Source: Eledone cirrhosa (lineage: Eukaryota). Taken from it: a stretch of DNA of 64,000 nucleotides. Both the position numbers and the translations under genes were made by a program. How positions within the stretch are numbered: position 1 is the first letter of the stretch; each line of letters starts with the position of its first letter. This document shows positions 1-10,619 of the stretch, one piece after another. The stretch covers positions 264,740,001-264,804,000 of the forward strand of contig OZ024743.1 of assembly GCA_964016885.1 (NCBI GenBank), in the 5' to 3' direction. The notes below the pieces were generated by a model. It had not been told where the DNA came from. It saw only the letters and a program-made list of their open reading frames with translations, and did not search any database.

Positions 1-1704
1 CCGCGCGAACTAGGATGCGGAAGATTCGTGTCAACATATGCGGACGATGTCACCGTAGTGGTGTCGAACGCCAAACACATCGAGGCGATCGGCACTACTC
101 TAAGAGAATACGAAGCGGTGACAGGAGCAATGATCAACCAGGAAAAGTCAGTGGGCCTGCAGCTCGGCACCCGGAGAGGCAGGTCCATGCCGTTCAATAG
201 CGTCGTCGGGAGCTGGACGGACGGACCGGTTAAATTGCTAGGGGTCTGGTTCGGTCCGGACCTCCAGACGGACAAAAACTGGGACGAGGTGACGAGCAGG
301 GTGGCTTCTCTCACCCAGAAATGGGCGGAGAGGAAGCTATCCCTGAAAAGTCGAGCGGAGGTGGCTAACGCGTACATAGCGTCTGTCATCTGCTTCCGCC
401 TGACCGTCGAACCTTGTCCTAAGCCTCGCCTGACAGCGCTGGATCGTTTGCTCTTTCGCTTTTTGTGGAAGGGACGCGCTCCGATGGTCAGGCGGTCCAT
501 CTGTTGTCAAAACCCGCTACGTGGAGGGCTGGGCATGCCGTGGCTGATGATGCGCTGGCACGCGCTCAGGCTACGACATCTCCACCTCTTCCTCGACGAT
601 GATCAGGTGTGGTCGCCGTTTGCTAGACACGTATTTCCCCAGCTCGTTTCCTTGTCGCACCTGCAGTCCTGGGTCAAGCGAAGACCGAGAGGGAGCGCCT
701 GGAGACAGGAATGTCTTCAGGCGCTCACAGCCCTCGACCAATCGGGCAATGTGATCGGTGGAAACCCCACCTCGGCGTTCTATAGAGGATTAGTGGAGGG
801 GAAGAGCGACGACGTACTTGGGGAAACTCTAGGCGTCGACGAAAATCAACTAGCCGATCTCTTCGGAAGAACTTTCGGGCCAGGGCCTATGGACAACTTC
901 CAGAAATCCCTGGCCTGGCAGTGCCACCGAGGAGCCTTGCCAGTTCGGGATAAACTCTACAGGCATGGAGGTGCCGTCAGCCGGGCATGTCCGAGATGCG
1001 CGCAGGGCGACGAAACCGTCCTGCACGCACTCGTCCAGTGTCCGAAAATTGCTGACTTGTGGGTTTATGTCGAACACCTGCTGTCGCGTGTAGGACGGAT
1101 CCGGCTATCATCTGAGTCCATTGTGAGGATTGCTCCGCCCTCCTCCTTTAGCCTGGAAGGGCAGGCAGTTTTTATCTGTCTGGTGGCCATGGCGAAAGAG
1201 ATAGTATGGTGGACACGTTTGAAAGGGCTGAAGACGAGCACTTACCTCTTCGGTGATGCTCTGATTGACATTTTCAAATTTCATTTGAAAAGGAAAATCA
1301 GAGTAGAGAGGGAAGTGCTCTCTTCCCAGCATTTTGTTGAAAGTTGGGTGAGAGAAGCAAGAATGGCCCGAGTGAATGGGCCTACTCTGAGTATATATCT
1401 GAGTATATATCTGTAAATTAAAGGTGGAAAACTGGGAGAGGGCACTTGCCTTGGTGGTCAGGGTCATAGTGGCTTTTTACTGGGCTTTCTCCACAAATGT
1501 CCCCTATTGGGGAATTTTTCATTGTTATTTTTGTTACACCCTCTGTTTTTTTGTTTTTTTACACGCAGAAATGCCCATTTGTACCGTCCTGCATTGTCCT
1601 GAACTGTCCTTAATGTCTACTTTATGTAAACCCTTGTGGTTAATAAAGAAATCATTATTATTATTATCATTATTATTATTATCATTATTATTATTATTAT
1701 TATT
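1..1704 (+). mobile_element. Tx1/L1-clade non-LTR retrotransposon copy 1 (3' part, cut by window edge) with (ATT)n tail
   Basis: ORF 28-1416 has RT motif YADD, VKLLGVWFG, GGLG and a C-terminal zinc finger (CPRC...ETVLHALVQC). 3' UTR has AATAAA at 1642-1647, then (ATT/ATC)n 1651-1704. Collinear with 5956-7651. Confidence 0.93.
28..1416 (+). CDS. ORF2 C-terminal part (RT C-terminus + zf-RVT) of Tx1 copy 1; open over the visible portion, true start lies upstream of the window
   Basis: 462-aa open frame with YADD and CxxC-x8-H-x4-C; frame continues to the window start. Confidence 0.88.
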   Translation: MSTYADDVTVVVSNAKHIEAIGTTLREYEAVTGAMINQEKSVGLQLGTRRGRSMPFNSVVGSWTDGPVKLLGVWFGPDLQTDKNWDEVTSRVASLTQKWAERKLSLKSRAEVANAYIASVICFRLTVEPCPKPRLTALDRLLFRFLWKGRAPMVRRSICCQNPLRGGLGMPWLMMRWHALRLRHLHLFLDDDQVWSPFARHVFPQLVSLSHLQSWVKRRPRGSAWRQECLQALTALDQSGNVIGGNPTSAFYRGLVEGKSDDVLGETLGVDENQLADLFGRTFGPGPMDNFQKSLAWQCHRGALPVRDKLYRHGGAVSRACPRCAQGDETVLHALVQCPKIADLWVYVEHLLSRVGRIRLSSESIVRIAPPSSFSLEGQAVFICLVAMAKEIVWWTRLKGLKTSTYLFGDALIDIFKFHLKRKIRVEREVLSSQHFVESWVREARMARVNGPTLSIYLSIYL

Positions 1705-1912
1705 GGCGACCTACGTAGTAAATCGTATTATCGTGAGCTCCGCAAAGGTTTGTTATTTCCGTTTGTTAAAAATTGCCATTCATGGAAAATTTTTATTGTT
1801 AACCATATATAAGCACACATACATTGTTTTCCGAAAAGGACACCCAAAAAGATTGGGGCCTTGTGCCCAAAATTTAAACTTTTATTATTATCAAACATTT
1901 CTTTGAAAAAAA

Positions 1913-3910
1913 ATGGCTAATTCACTTCTGCACCAAGCATCTGAAAGCCTTCCTCACAAATTAACACCTCACACCGACTCCACCATTGTAAATGTTACTA
2001 CGTTTGCCAACACAAAAAAAAATATAAGCAGTAGCAATATTTTTAATTTGTCTCAGGCAGACATTCATTTCCCGCCATTACCAATGACTGCAGGTGTTAA
2101 AGCCTCCACCACCACCACCACCACCGCGACAACCACCACCCCCACCACCACCGCGACAACAGAAACAAAAGAAGAAAAAAATGAATTAACTCGTGATGTC
2201 GAAATGAAATCAAGCAAAATGGACTCTTCCCCACCAAAGACGACTGACGTCACCACCACCACAACTGAGACTAAAATTAATATTAACATAAATAACGATA
2301 GCAACAACAACAACAATGACATTATAAAACCGACCCTCAGTTTCGCCAGAGTAGCAAAACAGTTCGAAGCATTTACGGTAACTCAGGAGGATTTAGAAAA
2401 TGCCAAACAAATGGTAAAGAAAGATGGGTACAGGGTCAACCTCCCCCCCCCACACCTAATAAAATGGAGCATCGGCGCCTATGCACCGTGTCGTATAGAA
2501 CAATAAATGTAAAATCGCGCCGAGTGGAACGGGCATCCGAGTCCCAAATCCAAAAAGCTTTGGGACATGTGTGGGCAAGAAAAACCCACATCAGACGTGG
2601 GCAAAAGTATGGAACCGTGGACGTGTTCTTTGAAACACCAGAGGAGGCTAGAGAACACTCCATGGCCCCATTAAGAAGTGACGACTTCACACTCGTCCCA
2701 AGCTATTGTGGCCAGAGACTCGTAAAGATCAGGGTGACCTACGTTCCACCGGCCATCGAAATTCCCTGGCTAATAGCGGCAGTGCTCGCCGGCATCGAAG
2801 CCAACACAAAAATAGTAGCAATAGCAAAAGAAAAGCAGGAGAACTGGTCCGGATCTGGGATGGAGCTCCTGATCCAAGCGGACCAAAAAAGCATTGAGGA
2901 GATCCCAGAGGTAATAGACCTCACTGATGGCAGCCACCTCACGGTAATTGTCGAGGGCAGAAGACCTAGGTGTGTCGTTTGTGGTGAAGGAACCCACCTA
3001 AGGGCTTTCTGCCCTCAGGCTAAAAGGTTGATGCCATGTCTCCTACCCACCCCAGTGACACAACCATCAACACCTCCAGTAGCAGAGATGGCAGCAACAA
3101 CTGTAGCAGCAACAACAGAAGCAACTATAACAGCAACAACCCCAGCAACAGTAGCAAAACCAACACCACCACCACCACCACCAGCAAAACCAACACCACC
3201 ACCAGCCAACGCTTCAGAACTAGCACCAGCGCCTACACCATCCACCACGCCACAACCAAAACTAACGCCTGTGGAGGATTTTCCACTCCCCGGCCTATCA
3301 CAACTGGAGACAGATTGTGACGACGAGGAGTGGGAAACGATATCCGGAAAAAAAAAAGAAACCAAAAGATGAAAAAATTCTCTTCCTTCCCCCTCCAAAA
3401 ACAAAATACAGAGGGAAACAAATAAAGTAAGAAACAAAAAAGTTAGGACAGATATGCCACCATCCACACCAGCATCACCAAGCCCATCAACCCAAACACC
3501 AACACCATCACCATCATTAACTCCAACACCACCATCACCTACACCACAAAAGTCACCAAAATGCGAAACAGAAACAAACCCACAACAAACGCAAACAAAA
3601 CAACCAAAACGATACACACTACACAGCATTACATTTGAACAACAAGCAATTATTACACTACATCCAACACAACACCAGCATCACAGAAAAAGATTACACA
3701 ACAACCCCAAAATTCACACCACCTCCACACATACAAATCACTCGCATCACACAGAAAACGTACATGACACTAAAACAAAAATTCCCCAAAGACATCGGAG
3801 ACTTCCGACAAGCACTCTCCAGTAGGATTTATAAGGACATCCTTCCTGAGGAGGCCACAAGCAGTGAAAAGGATGGGAAAACCGTCCTTCCCCTACGAGA
3901 AGTAAGGTAA
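1913..3910 (+). pseudogene. Tx1 ORF1 (gag-like nucleic-acid-binding protein), disrupted
   Basis: Pieces 1913-2506, 2464-3372, 3454-3825 and 3635-3910 can be joined via a frameshift in the C9 run (2443-2451), an in-frame TGA (3370-3372) and a frameshift near 3620. Zinc knuckle CVVCGEGTHLRAFC; Pro/Thr-rich linkers. Confidence 0.8.
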
Positions 3911-3944
3911 GTGGTTTTTCCCATCTTTTCCACTCCTTTTCAAC

Positions 3945-6900
3945 ATGACCTCACTCAGAATAGGCAGCATAAATGCGCGTGGCTTGGGGTCGTCATGGAA
4001 GCAGGGCCACCTGCTCAACGACCTCAGGTCACTAAACATAGATGTAGTGGCCATCAGCGAGACCAGAATCTCCGAAGCACAGGCTTTCGCACCGATCTTC
4101 GGCGGCTACGATGTGTACGCATCTCCCAGCCGTCCGGGATCGGGGGCAGAAGTTGCTGTGCTTTTTCGGAGAGGTTTGGATCTTGCCATACGGGCCATCT
4201 TCCTGGACCCAGAAGGTAAGTTGGTGGTGCTGGACGTGACCAGCGGAGACGGGCAAGCTTTCAGGTTAGTGGCCGTCTATGCCCAGACAGGAGCAGGGCG
4301 GCCTGACTTCTTTCGGCGTCTGGAGACCTTTCTTGGAACGTCCCGCCCTTTAGTGTTAGTGGGCGACTGGAACGGGATCTTAGATGCACGCTGGGATTGT
4401 GTGGGATTAGTGGATAGGGAAGGAGGGTGCAAGAGTCTCACCAACCTGCTCAGACGTTTTGAACTGTCTGACAGGTACCGAATGGATTTCCCGAATGTAC
4501 CAATGTGGACTTGGACAAATCGCATAGGGTCATCCAGATCATATCTAGATAGAGTATTTTGTAGGGAAATAGATAGGTCTAGCATAGGCTGTCCACAATT
4601 CAAGATAGTCAGCTACACGGACCACAAATTCGTGATCTGTGTGCTTGACTTAGATAGGCTTCATAGGCGAGGACCCGGCTACTGGAAGCTAAACGCGTCC
4701 TTACCAGCGCGCAAGGCCTACAGAGACCGGATTAGCGAACTAGTTAAGCGGGCGTTGACGGGGGCCATCGTCAACAACAAGTGGTGGTTTGCTCTGAAAA
4801 GAGCAATTAGAATAGAGTCCATTAGGTTTAGTAAGACTTTAGCAATAGAGAAAAATAGAGCAGAGGGAGAACTAGTTAGAAAATTAGATGAGGCGCTTAG
4901 CAAAGGCTTCGCGTCGACGTACTTGCGGCGAAATTGGCCCTTGACCAATTCTTCAATGCAAAGCACGAAGGCTGCGTTGTCAGAGCTAGGGTGCGTGCTC
5001 TCAGACACGAGGTGACGAAAGCCGTTCAATTGGCCCGAGTGGCGGTGGCGCGTCGTGGCAACAAAGCCACGATCCGGTCTTTGGTGGACCACGACGGGCG
5101 CATGCTACTCGATCCCGGGCAAATGTGTGAAGCTTTTCAGCGACACTTCGCTCAACTGTTATGGCAGTGGCGGGCCGGATCGAGGGATGGACTTTAGTGT
5201 CTACCTCGACGGACTGCCGCGGCTTTCGGCCACTGAGGCGGAGTGTTGCGAAAAGCCGATAACAACCGCTGAAGTACGGGATGCAATGACTAGTTGCACA
5301 AAGGGTAAATCGCCTGGTTTGGATGGTCTGCCCTATGAACTTTACGTACAAATGCCAGACTTGTTCGGAGGCCTCTTGGCGGACGTCTACTGCAACTGGC
5401 AACAGAACGGGAGAATTCCCAGTTCTGTGAGCCGAGGAGCGGTGGCGCTGCTGAGAAAGGATCCGAACAAGGGGGATAACAGATAATTTTAGGCCCATAA
5501 CTCTGCTAAACACAGAGTTCAAGATTTTGGCCAAGGTGCTAGCAAAGAGGTTGGCGCTTGTCGTTGGTGGTCTGGTGGGAGAGGCACAGACATGCGCCAT
5601 TCCCGACAGATCCATCCATGACAACCTCCACCTCATGCGATACATCGTAGAGAGGGTAGCTAGGGAACCTGGCACGGGTGGGTCCTTGATCAATTTAGAT
5701 CAGTCGAAAGACTTCGGTAGGGTCGACCATCGTTACCTAGAGGCAGACCTGAGGGCGGCTGACTTTGGGCCCGTCTTCAGAGGCTGGATCGCTGCCATGC
5801 ACAGCAACATCTGCTCTGTAGTGAGAGTGAACGGTCACCTGTCGGAACCGTTCAACATCATGCGCTCGGTCCGCCAAGGACGTCCCCTCTAATCCCTATT
5901 GTACGTATTGACTGTCGAGCCATTACTGCACAAACTGGAGACGTTGAAGGGGATCCCGCGCGAACTAGGATGCGGAAGATCCGTGTCAGCATATGCCGAC
6001 GATGTCACCGTAGTGGTGTCGAACGCCAAACACATCGAGGCGATCGGCACTACACTAAGAGAATACGAAGCGGTGACAGGAGCAATGATCAACCAGGAAA
6101 AGTCAGTGGGCCTGCAGCTCGGCACCTGGAGAGGAAGGTCCATGCCGTCCAACAGCGTCGTCGGGCGCTGGACAGACGGACCGGTTAAATTGCTAGGGGT
6201 CTGGTTCGGTCCGGACCTCCAGACGGACAAAAACTGGGACGAGGTGACGAGCAGGGTGGCTTCTCTCACCCAGAAATGGGCCGAGAGGAAGCTATCCCTG
6301 AAAGGTCGAGCGGAGGTGGCTAACGCGTACATCGCGTCCATCATCTACTACCGCCTGACCGACGTAACCTTGTCCTAAGCCCCGCCTGACTGCGCTGGAG
6401 CGTTCGCTCTTTCGCTTCTTGTGAAAGGGACGCGCTCCGATGGTCAGGCGGTCCATCTGCTGTCAACACCCGCTACGTGGAGGGCTGGGCATGCCGTGGC
6501 TGATGATGCGCAGACACGCGCTCAGGCTACGACATCTCCACCTCTTTCTCGACGGTGATCAGGTGTGGTCGCCGTTTGCTAGACACGTTTTTCCCCAGCT
6601 CGTCTCCTTGACGGAGCTGCAGTCCTGGGTCAAGCGAAGACCGAGAGGGAGCGCTTGGAGACTGGAATGTCTTCAGGCGCTCACAGCCCCCGACCAATCG
6701 GGCAATGTGATCGGTGGAAACTCCACCTTGGCGTTCTACAGGGGATTAGTGGAGGGGAAGAGCGACGACGTGCTTGGAGAAACTCTAGGCGTCGACGAAA
6801 ATCAACTAGCCAATCTCTTCGGAAGGACTTTCGGGCCGGGGCCTATGGACAACTTCCAGAAATCCCTGGCCTGGCAGTGCTACCGGGGTGCTTTGCCAGT

Positions 6901-7360
6901 TCGGAATAAACTTTACAGGCATGGAGGTGCCGTCAGCCGGGCATGTCAGAGATGCGCACAGGGCGACGAAACCGTCATGCACGCACTCGTCCTGTGTCCG
7001 AGCTTTGCTGCCTTGTGGGTTTATGTCAAACACCTGCTGTCACGTGTAGGACGGATCCAGCTATCAGCTGAGTCCATCGTGAGGATTGCCCCGCCCCCTT
7101 CCTTTAGCCGGGAAGGGCAGGCAGTTTTTATCTGTCTGGTGGCCATGGCGAAAGAGATAGTATGGTGGACACGTTTGAAAGGGCTGAAGACGAGCACTTA
7201 CCTCTTCGGTGATGCCCTGATTAACTTTTTCAAATTTCATCTGAAAATGAAAATCAGGGTAGAGAGGGAAGTGCTCTCTTCCCAGCATTTTGTTGAAAGA
7301 AGGGTGAGAGAAGCAAGTATGGCCTGAATGAATGGGCCTTCTCTGAGTATGTGTCTGTAA
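3945..7360 (+). pseudogene. Tx1 ORF2 (APE endonuclease - reverse transcriptase - zinc finger), with several frameshifts and stops
   Basis: APE motifs SINARGL, ISET, VGDWN, SYLDRVF, YTDH. RT motifs KSPGLDGLP, LDQSKDFGRVDH, VRQGRP, YADD. C-terminal CQRC...HALVLC. Split across six ORF-track pieces. Confidence 0.93.
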
Positions 7361-7603
7361 ATTAAGGGTGGAAAACTGGGAGAGGGCACTTGCCCTGGTG
7401 GCCAGGGCCACTGTGGTCTTTTAATGGGCTTTCTCCACAAATGTCCCTCGGAAGTCTCCCCCCTATTGGGGAATTTTTCTTTGTTATTTTATTTCATCCT
7501 CTGTTTTTTTTACACGCAGAAATGCCCATTTGTACCGTCCTGTATTGTCCTGTACTGTCCTTAATGTCTACTTTATGTAAACCCTTGTGGTTAATAAAGA
7601 ACA

Positions 7604-7651
<48 letters not shown>

Positions 7652-8836
7652 GAATACTGTGATTATACTTAATACTATTTTCAGTATTTTTTTCTATATA
7701 CTCAATATTATTTTTATAAACAGCTTTACGTAAAGCATCATTATAATATACGGCTTTACTATTAAATGTGGATCTATTATCAGATAGATTGTTGTACACT
7801 GTTGACTATTGCATTCTTACCCCTTTTAGGATGATTAGAATAAAAACTAACATAATTTAAGTTCTCATTAAGTTTATGGAAAGAGTAATGAAGGCCTGAG
7901 TTCAAATTAAGAGTTTCGTCTAAAAAATTAACTATATTATTGTTATTTTCTACTTCTTATTTCAGGTCACAATTAAAGAAAATATTCTATAATTACTTTC
8001 TTTAAACCATTTAATTCGCTATGTTTATGTTTTTCTACAATAAATAATATGTCGTCTCTATATAAACCACCGGTAATCTCCTGCAGTTTTCTATTTATCA
8101 TGTTAAGGATGAAAATTCCCACAAGATCGGTAACTTGCGCCGAATCAGACGACCCATAGTAACGTCAAAGTTCTTCAGCCTATAGGATCTAATCCAAAGA
8201 TCATTATTAAATTCTATCAATGTTCACCTTGCAGTTAAAATAATATTTATCTCATCACTAGATAGATCCGTGTGCTTATATGCATATGATAGCGCCTTAT
8301 TTAGTAGGTTAGGAGTTATTGAGGAATAATAACTAGCTATGTCCATTTGAATGAACTTATAATTTTTTTATTTTCAATATTATTGAACCAATCTATGACT
8401 TCATTAGTGCCCTTCCATAGGTTTAGCCCTGACCTAAATTTAAGCGTTGGTAAAATCCTATCTATGATGATTTTACTAATTATTCCGAGATCTGATCTCG
8501 AAGGTGCAATAAGTCTAACAGGTAAGTTTTCTTCAAAATTACATTTATGGTCTTTAAAATTTATCCGTGGCTGCCTTGGTATGAAGGGTTCGGTTTTCCG
8601 CTCTATTCTGAGATTAGCGATAATTACAAATGCATCATTATTAATATGCAATAAATCTTCACTTAAGGCCTTTTTGTAATTTTTCTCAATTCTTTTAAAA
8701 TTAAGTCGTTAAATTTTTCCTTTAGACCTCTAAGGTATTCTTGGCCTCTATATGTTTTTTTTTAATTTTATATTCCTTAATATATTTATAATTTCGTTTT
8801 TTAAATTAGCCAGGAGTTTCTTGTAAGGAGTTTGTA
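7652..8836 (-). mobile_element. Degraded Penelope-like element RT fragment, related to the 28.4-30.9 kb element
   Basis: Minus-strand KDHK..PVRLIAPSRSDLGIISK (8337-8651), MGSSDSAQVTDLVG near 8115-8160, GGLYRDD near 8050-8070, NLSDNRSTFN..YYNDAL (7494-7799). All match the 827-aa ORF. Confidence 0.85.
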
Positions 8837-8927
8837 CATATATATATATATATATAATATCTAAAGGAAAGGTGAAATATATATATACAAAGCTCAAATG
8901 TATATGTGAGGAGTTAAAAATGATTTA

Positions 8928-9013
8928 AAAGATAAATTTTCCATTAACATATTTGACTATAACATATATCAATATATATTATAGTCAAATATGTTAATGG
9001 AAAATGTATCTTT
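8928..9013. repeat. Inverted repeat/hairpin (~35-bp arms) between (TA)n tracts
   Basis: TTTTCCATTAACATATTTGACTATAA ... TTATAGTCAAATATGTTAATGGAAAA. Confidence 0.85.
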
Positions 9014-9172
9014 ATTTATCTTTATTTATATATATATATATATAAGTATCTTTTGAAACAGCGAGCAAGTTTGAAATTAGAAAATAGAAGCTTTCATCGT
9101 ACTTTTTTACTAAAGAAATATTAGCCTGATAGTGGGGTTTAGAACCCTCAGAGAAATGGAAAAGATGAGTAT

Positions 9173-9243
9173 TGACGTACATGGGAGTCGCACCCACATC
9201 TTTGGTTATCCAGACCACTGTGCTACCATTACACCAACACATC
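9173..9243 (-). pseudogene. tRNA-like cloverleaf (tRNA pseudogene or SINE head)
   Basis: Minus strand reads GATGTGT TG GTGT AATGGTA GCAC A GTGGT CTGGATA ACCAA AGAT GTGGG TGCGACT CCCAT GTACGTC A. All four arms pair, but the T-loop is TGCGACT and position 37 is T. Confidence 0.65.
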
Positions 9244-10104
9244 ACCCATCTCCTTCCATTCAAATTAAAAGCTACATATATCATGAAATCGTGATTGTAA
9301 GTAAAGCATGACACATAAAATAGATCATATGCTATGGCGCATATCAACATTTTATTTTTAAGTTCAGTAGATAACCACTTTTGACCATATCAAATATTAG
9401 AAGCTACGATGGTATAAATAATGTCATTTAACTGTCTATAGCTGACTCTATATTGACAATACACGGTTGCTGCATGACTGTATTTCGATTTTCTATCTTT
9501 TTCTTTCGTTTTCTATACAGTCTGCATTTCAAAGGAGTGACCGTATGGGATATGTTTTTAAAATATTAAGTAACACTCACCACACATATAGAGAGCACAC
9601 TTAAATACACGCATCAGCAGGTGCACGGATGCACATTCACACACACACACCTCACACGTACACACACCCTACAATGACACTCGCAGGGACAGTAAACATA
9701 AAAGGAGGCATGTATATAGGTGGGAATGCATGCAAGAAGATATGAAAGCACTCTCAAAGACACGACACACTTTCATACTCAGTGCGAACTTTTAAACTGA
9801 ACACAGCACAGAATCATAAAATGTGAAGCACAAATAAATACACAATCACACTTATGTCACAATTAAATTGAACCATATCTGTAAATGCTATTCCTGTATT
9901 CTTCACAGATGTCATTTTTATTGGTTGGAAGGTGTCACGAAGTAATTTAGTTGGAAAATGTTACATCTGAAATTTAGAAATCTGTGGATGAAAGAAAACC
10001 GACAGGTCGCACTTCAATATTGTTACAACCGGTAAGTAGTAGCAGTAGTCGTAATTTTACCATTAGTCTCATTATTATTATTATTATCATTATTATTGTT
10101 ATTA

Positions 10105-10262
10105 TTGAGTTCAAATCCCGCCGTAGTTAGATTTGCCTTCCATTCTTACCGGGTGGATAAAATAAAGCCCCAGTAACGTACTGGGGTCGATTTAATCGAC
10201 TCCGCCCCCCCCCCCCCCCCCACATTACTGGTCTTGTGCCTATACTAGAAATCATTATTATT
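10105..10262 (+). mobile_element. tRNA-derived SINE family A, 5'-truncated copy with GTCGATTTAATCGAC hairpin insert
   Basis: B box GTTCAAATCC, conserved core TTGCCTTCCATTCTTACCGGGTGGATAAAATAAAG, ATT tail; preceded by (ATT)n. Confidence 0.85.
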
Positions 10263-10268
10263 GATGTT

Positions 10269-10463
10269 GGCGGTGGATTGGCAGTATCGGTAGAGAGTCG
10301 GACACCATGCTTTGAAGCATGGAGTTACGTCCCTTTATGATCTGAGTTCAAATCCCGCCGAGGTTAACTTTGCCTTTCATCCTTACGGGGTCGATAAAAT
10401 AAAGTACCAGTAATGTACTGGGTTATTGCTGGCCTTGTGCCTAAAATAGAAACAATTATTATT
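10269..10463 (+). mobile_element. tRNA-derived SINE family A, full-length; core resembles the Meta-SINE domain (from recall, unverified)
   Basis: A box TGGCAGTATCGG 10279-10290, B box GTTCAAATCC 10346-10355, core AACTTTGCCTTTCATCCTTACGGGGTCGATAAAATAAAGTACCAG, tail CCTTGTGCCTAAAATAGAAACAATTATT. Flanking duplication ATTATTATTGATGTT. Confidence 0.9.
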
Positions 10464-10619
10464 GATGTTGTTGTTGGTTGTCTTTAAACGATACGCAAAC
10501 TCTTGTTTAGGCTCCGTAAGTTCCGTTTGTGCACATTAATTAATATTTATTTTGTTTTAGAATTTTATTACAAGGCGGCCATAATGCGTTAGTCTCCGCC
10601 CAGAGGTAATGATATCCCA

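Larger units (their letters stand above)
1705..7651 (+). mobile_element. Full-length (~5.9 kb) but mutated Tx1/L1-clade retrotransposon copy 2
   Basis: Starts GGCGACC directly after the ATT tract. 5' UTR, ORF1 with CCHC knuckle, ORF2 APE-RT-zf, AATAAA 7593-7598, (ATT)n 7605-7651. Confidence 0.93.

Noticed and set aside
850-7411. Minus-strand and alternate-frame ORFs over the Tx1 copies (e.g. 3015-3629, 5001-5693)
   Set aside because: Shadows of GC-rich or low-complexity retrotransposon coding sequence; no independent motifs.
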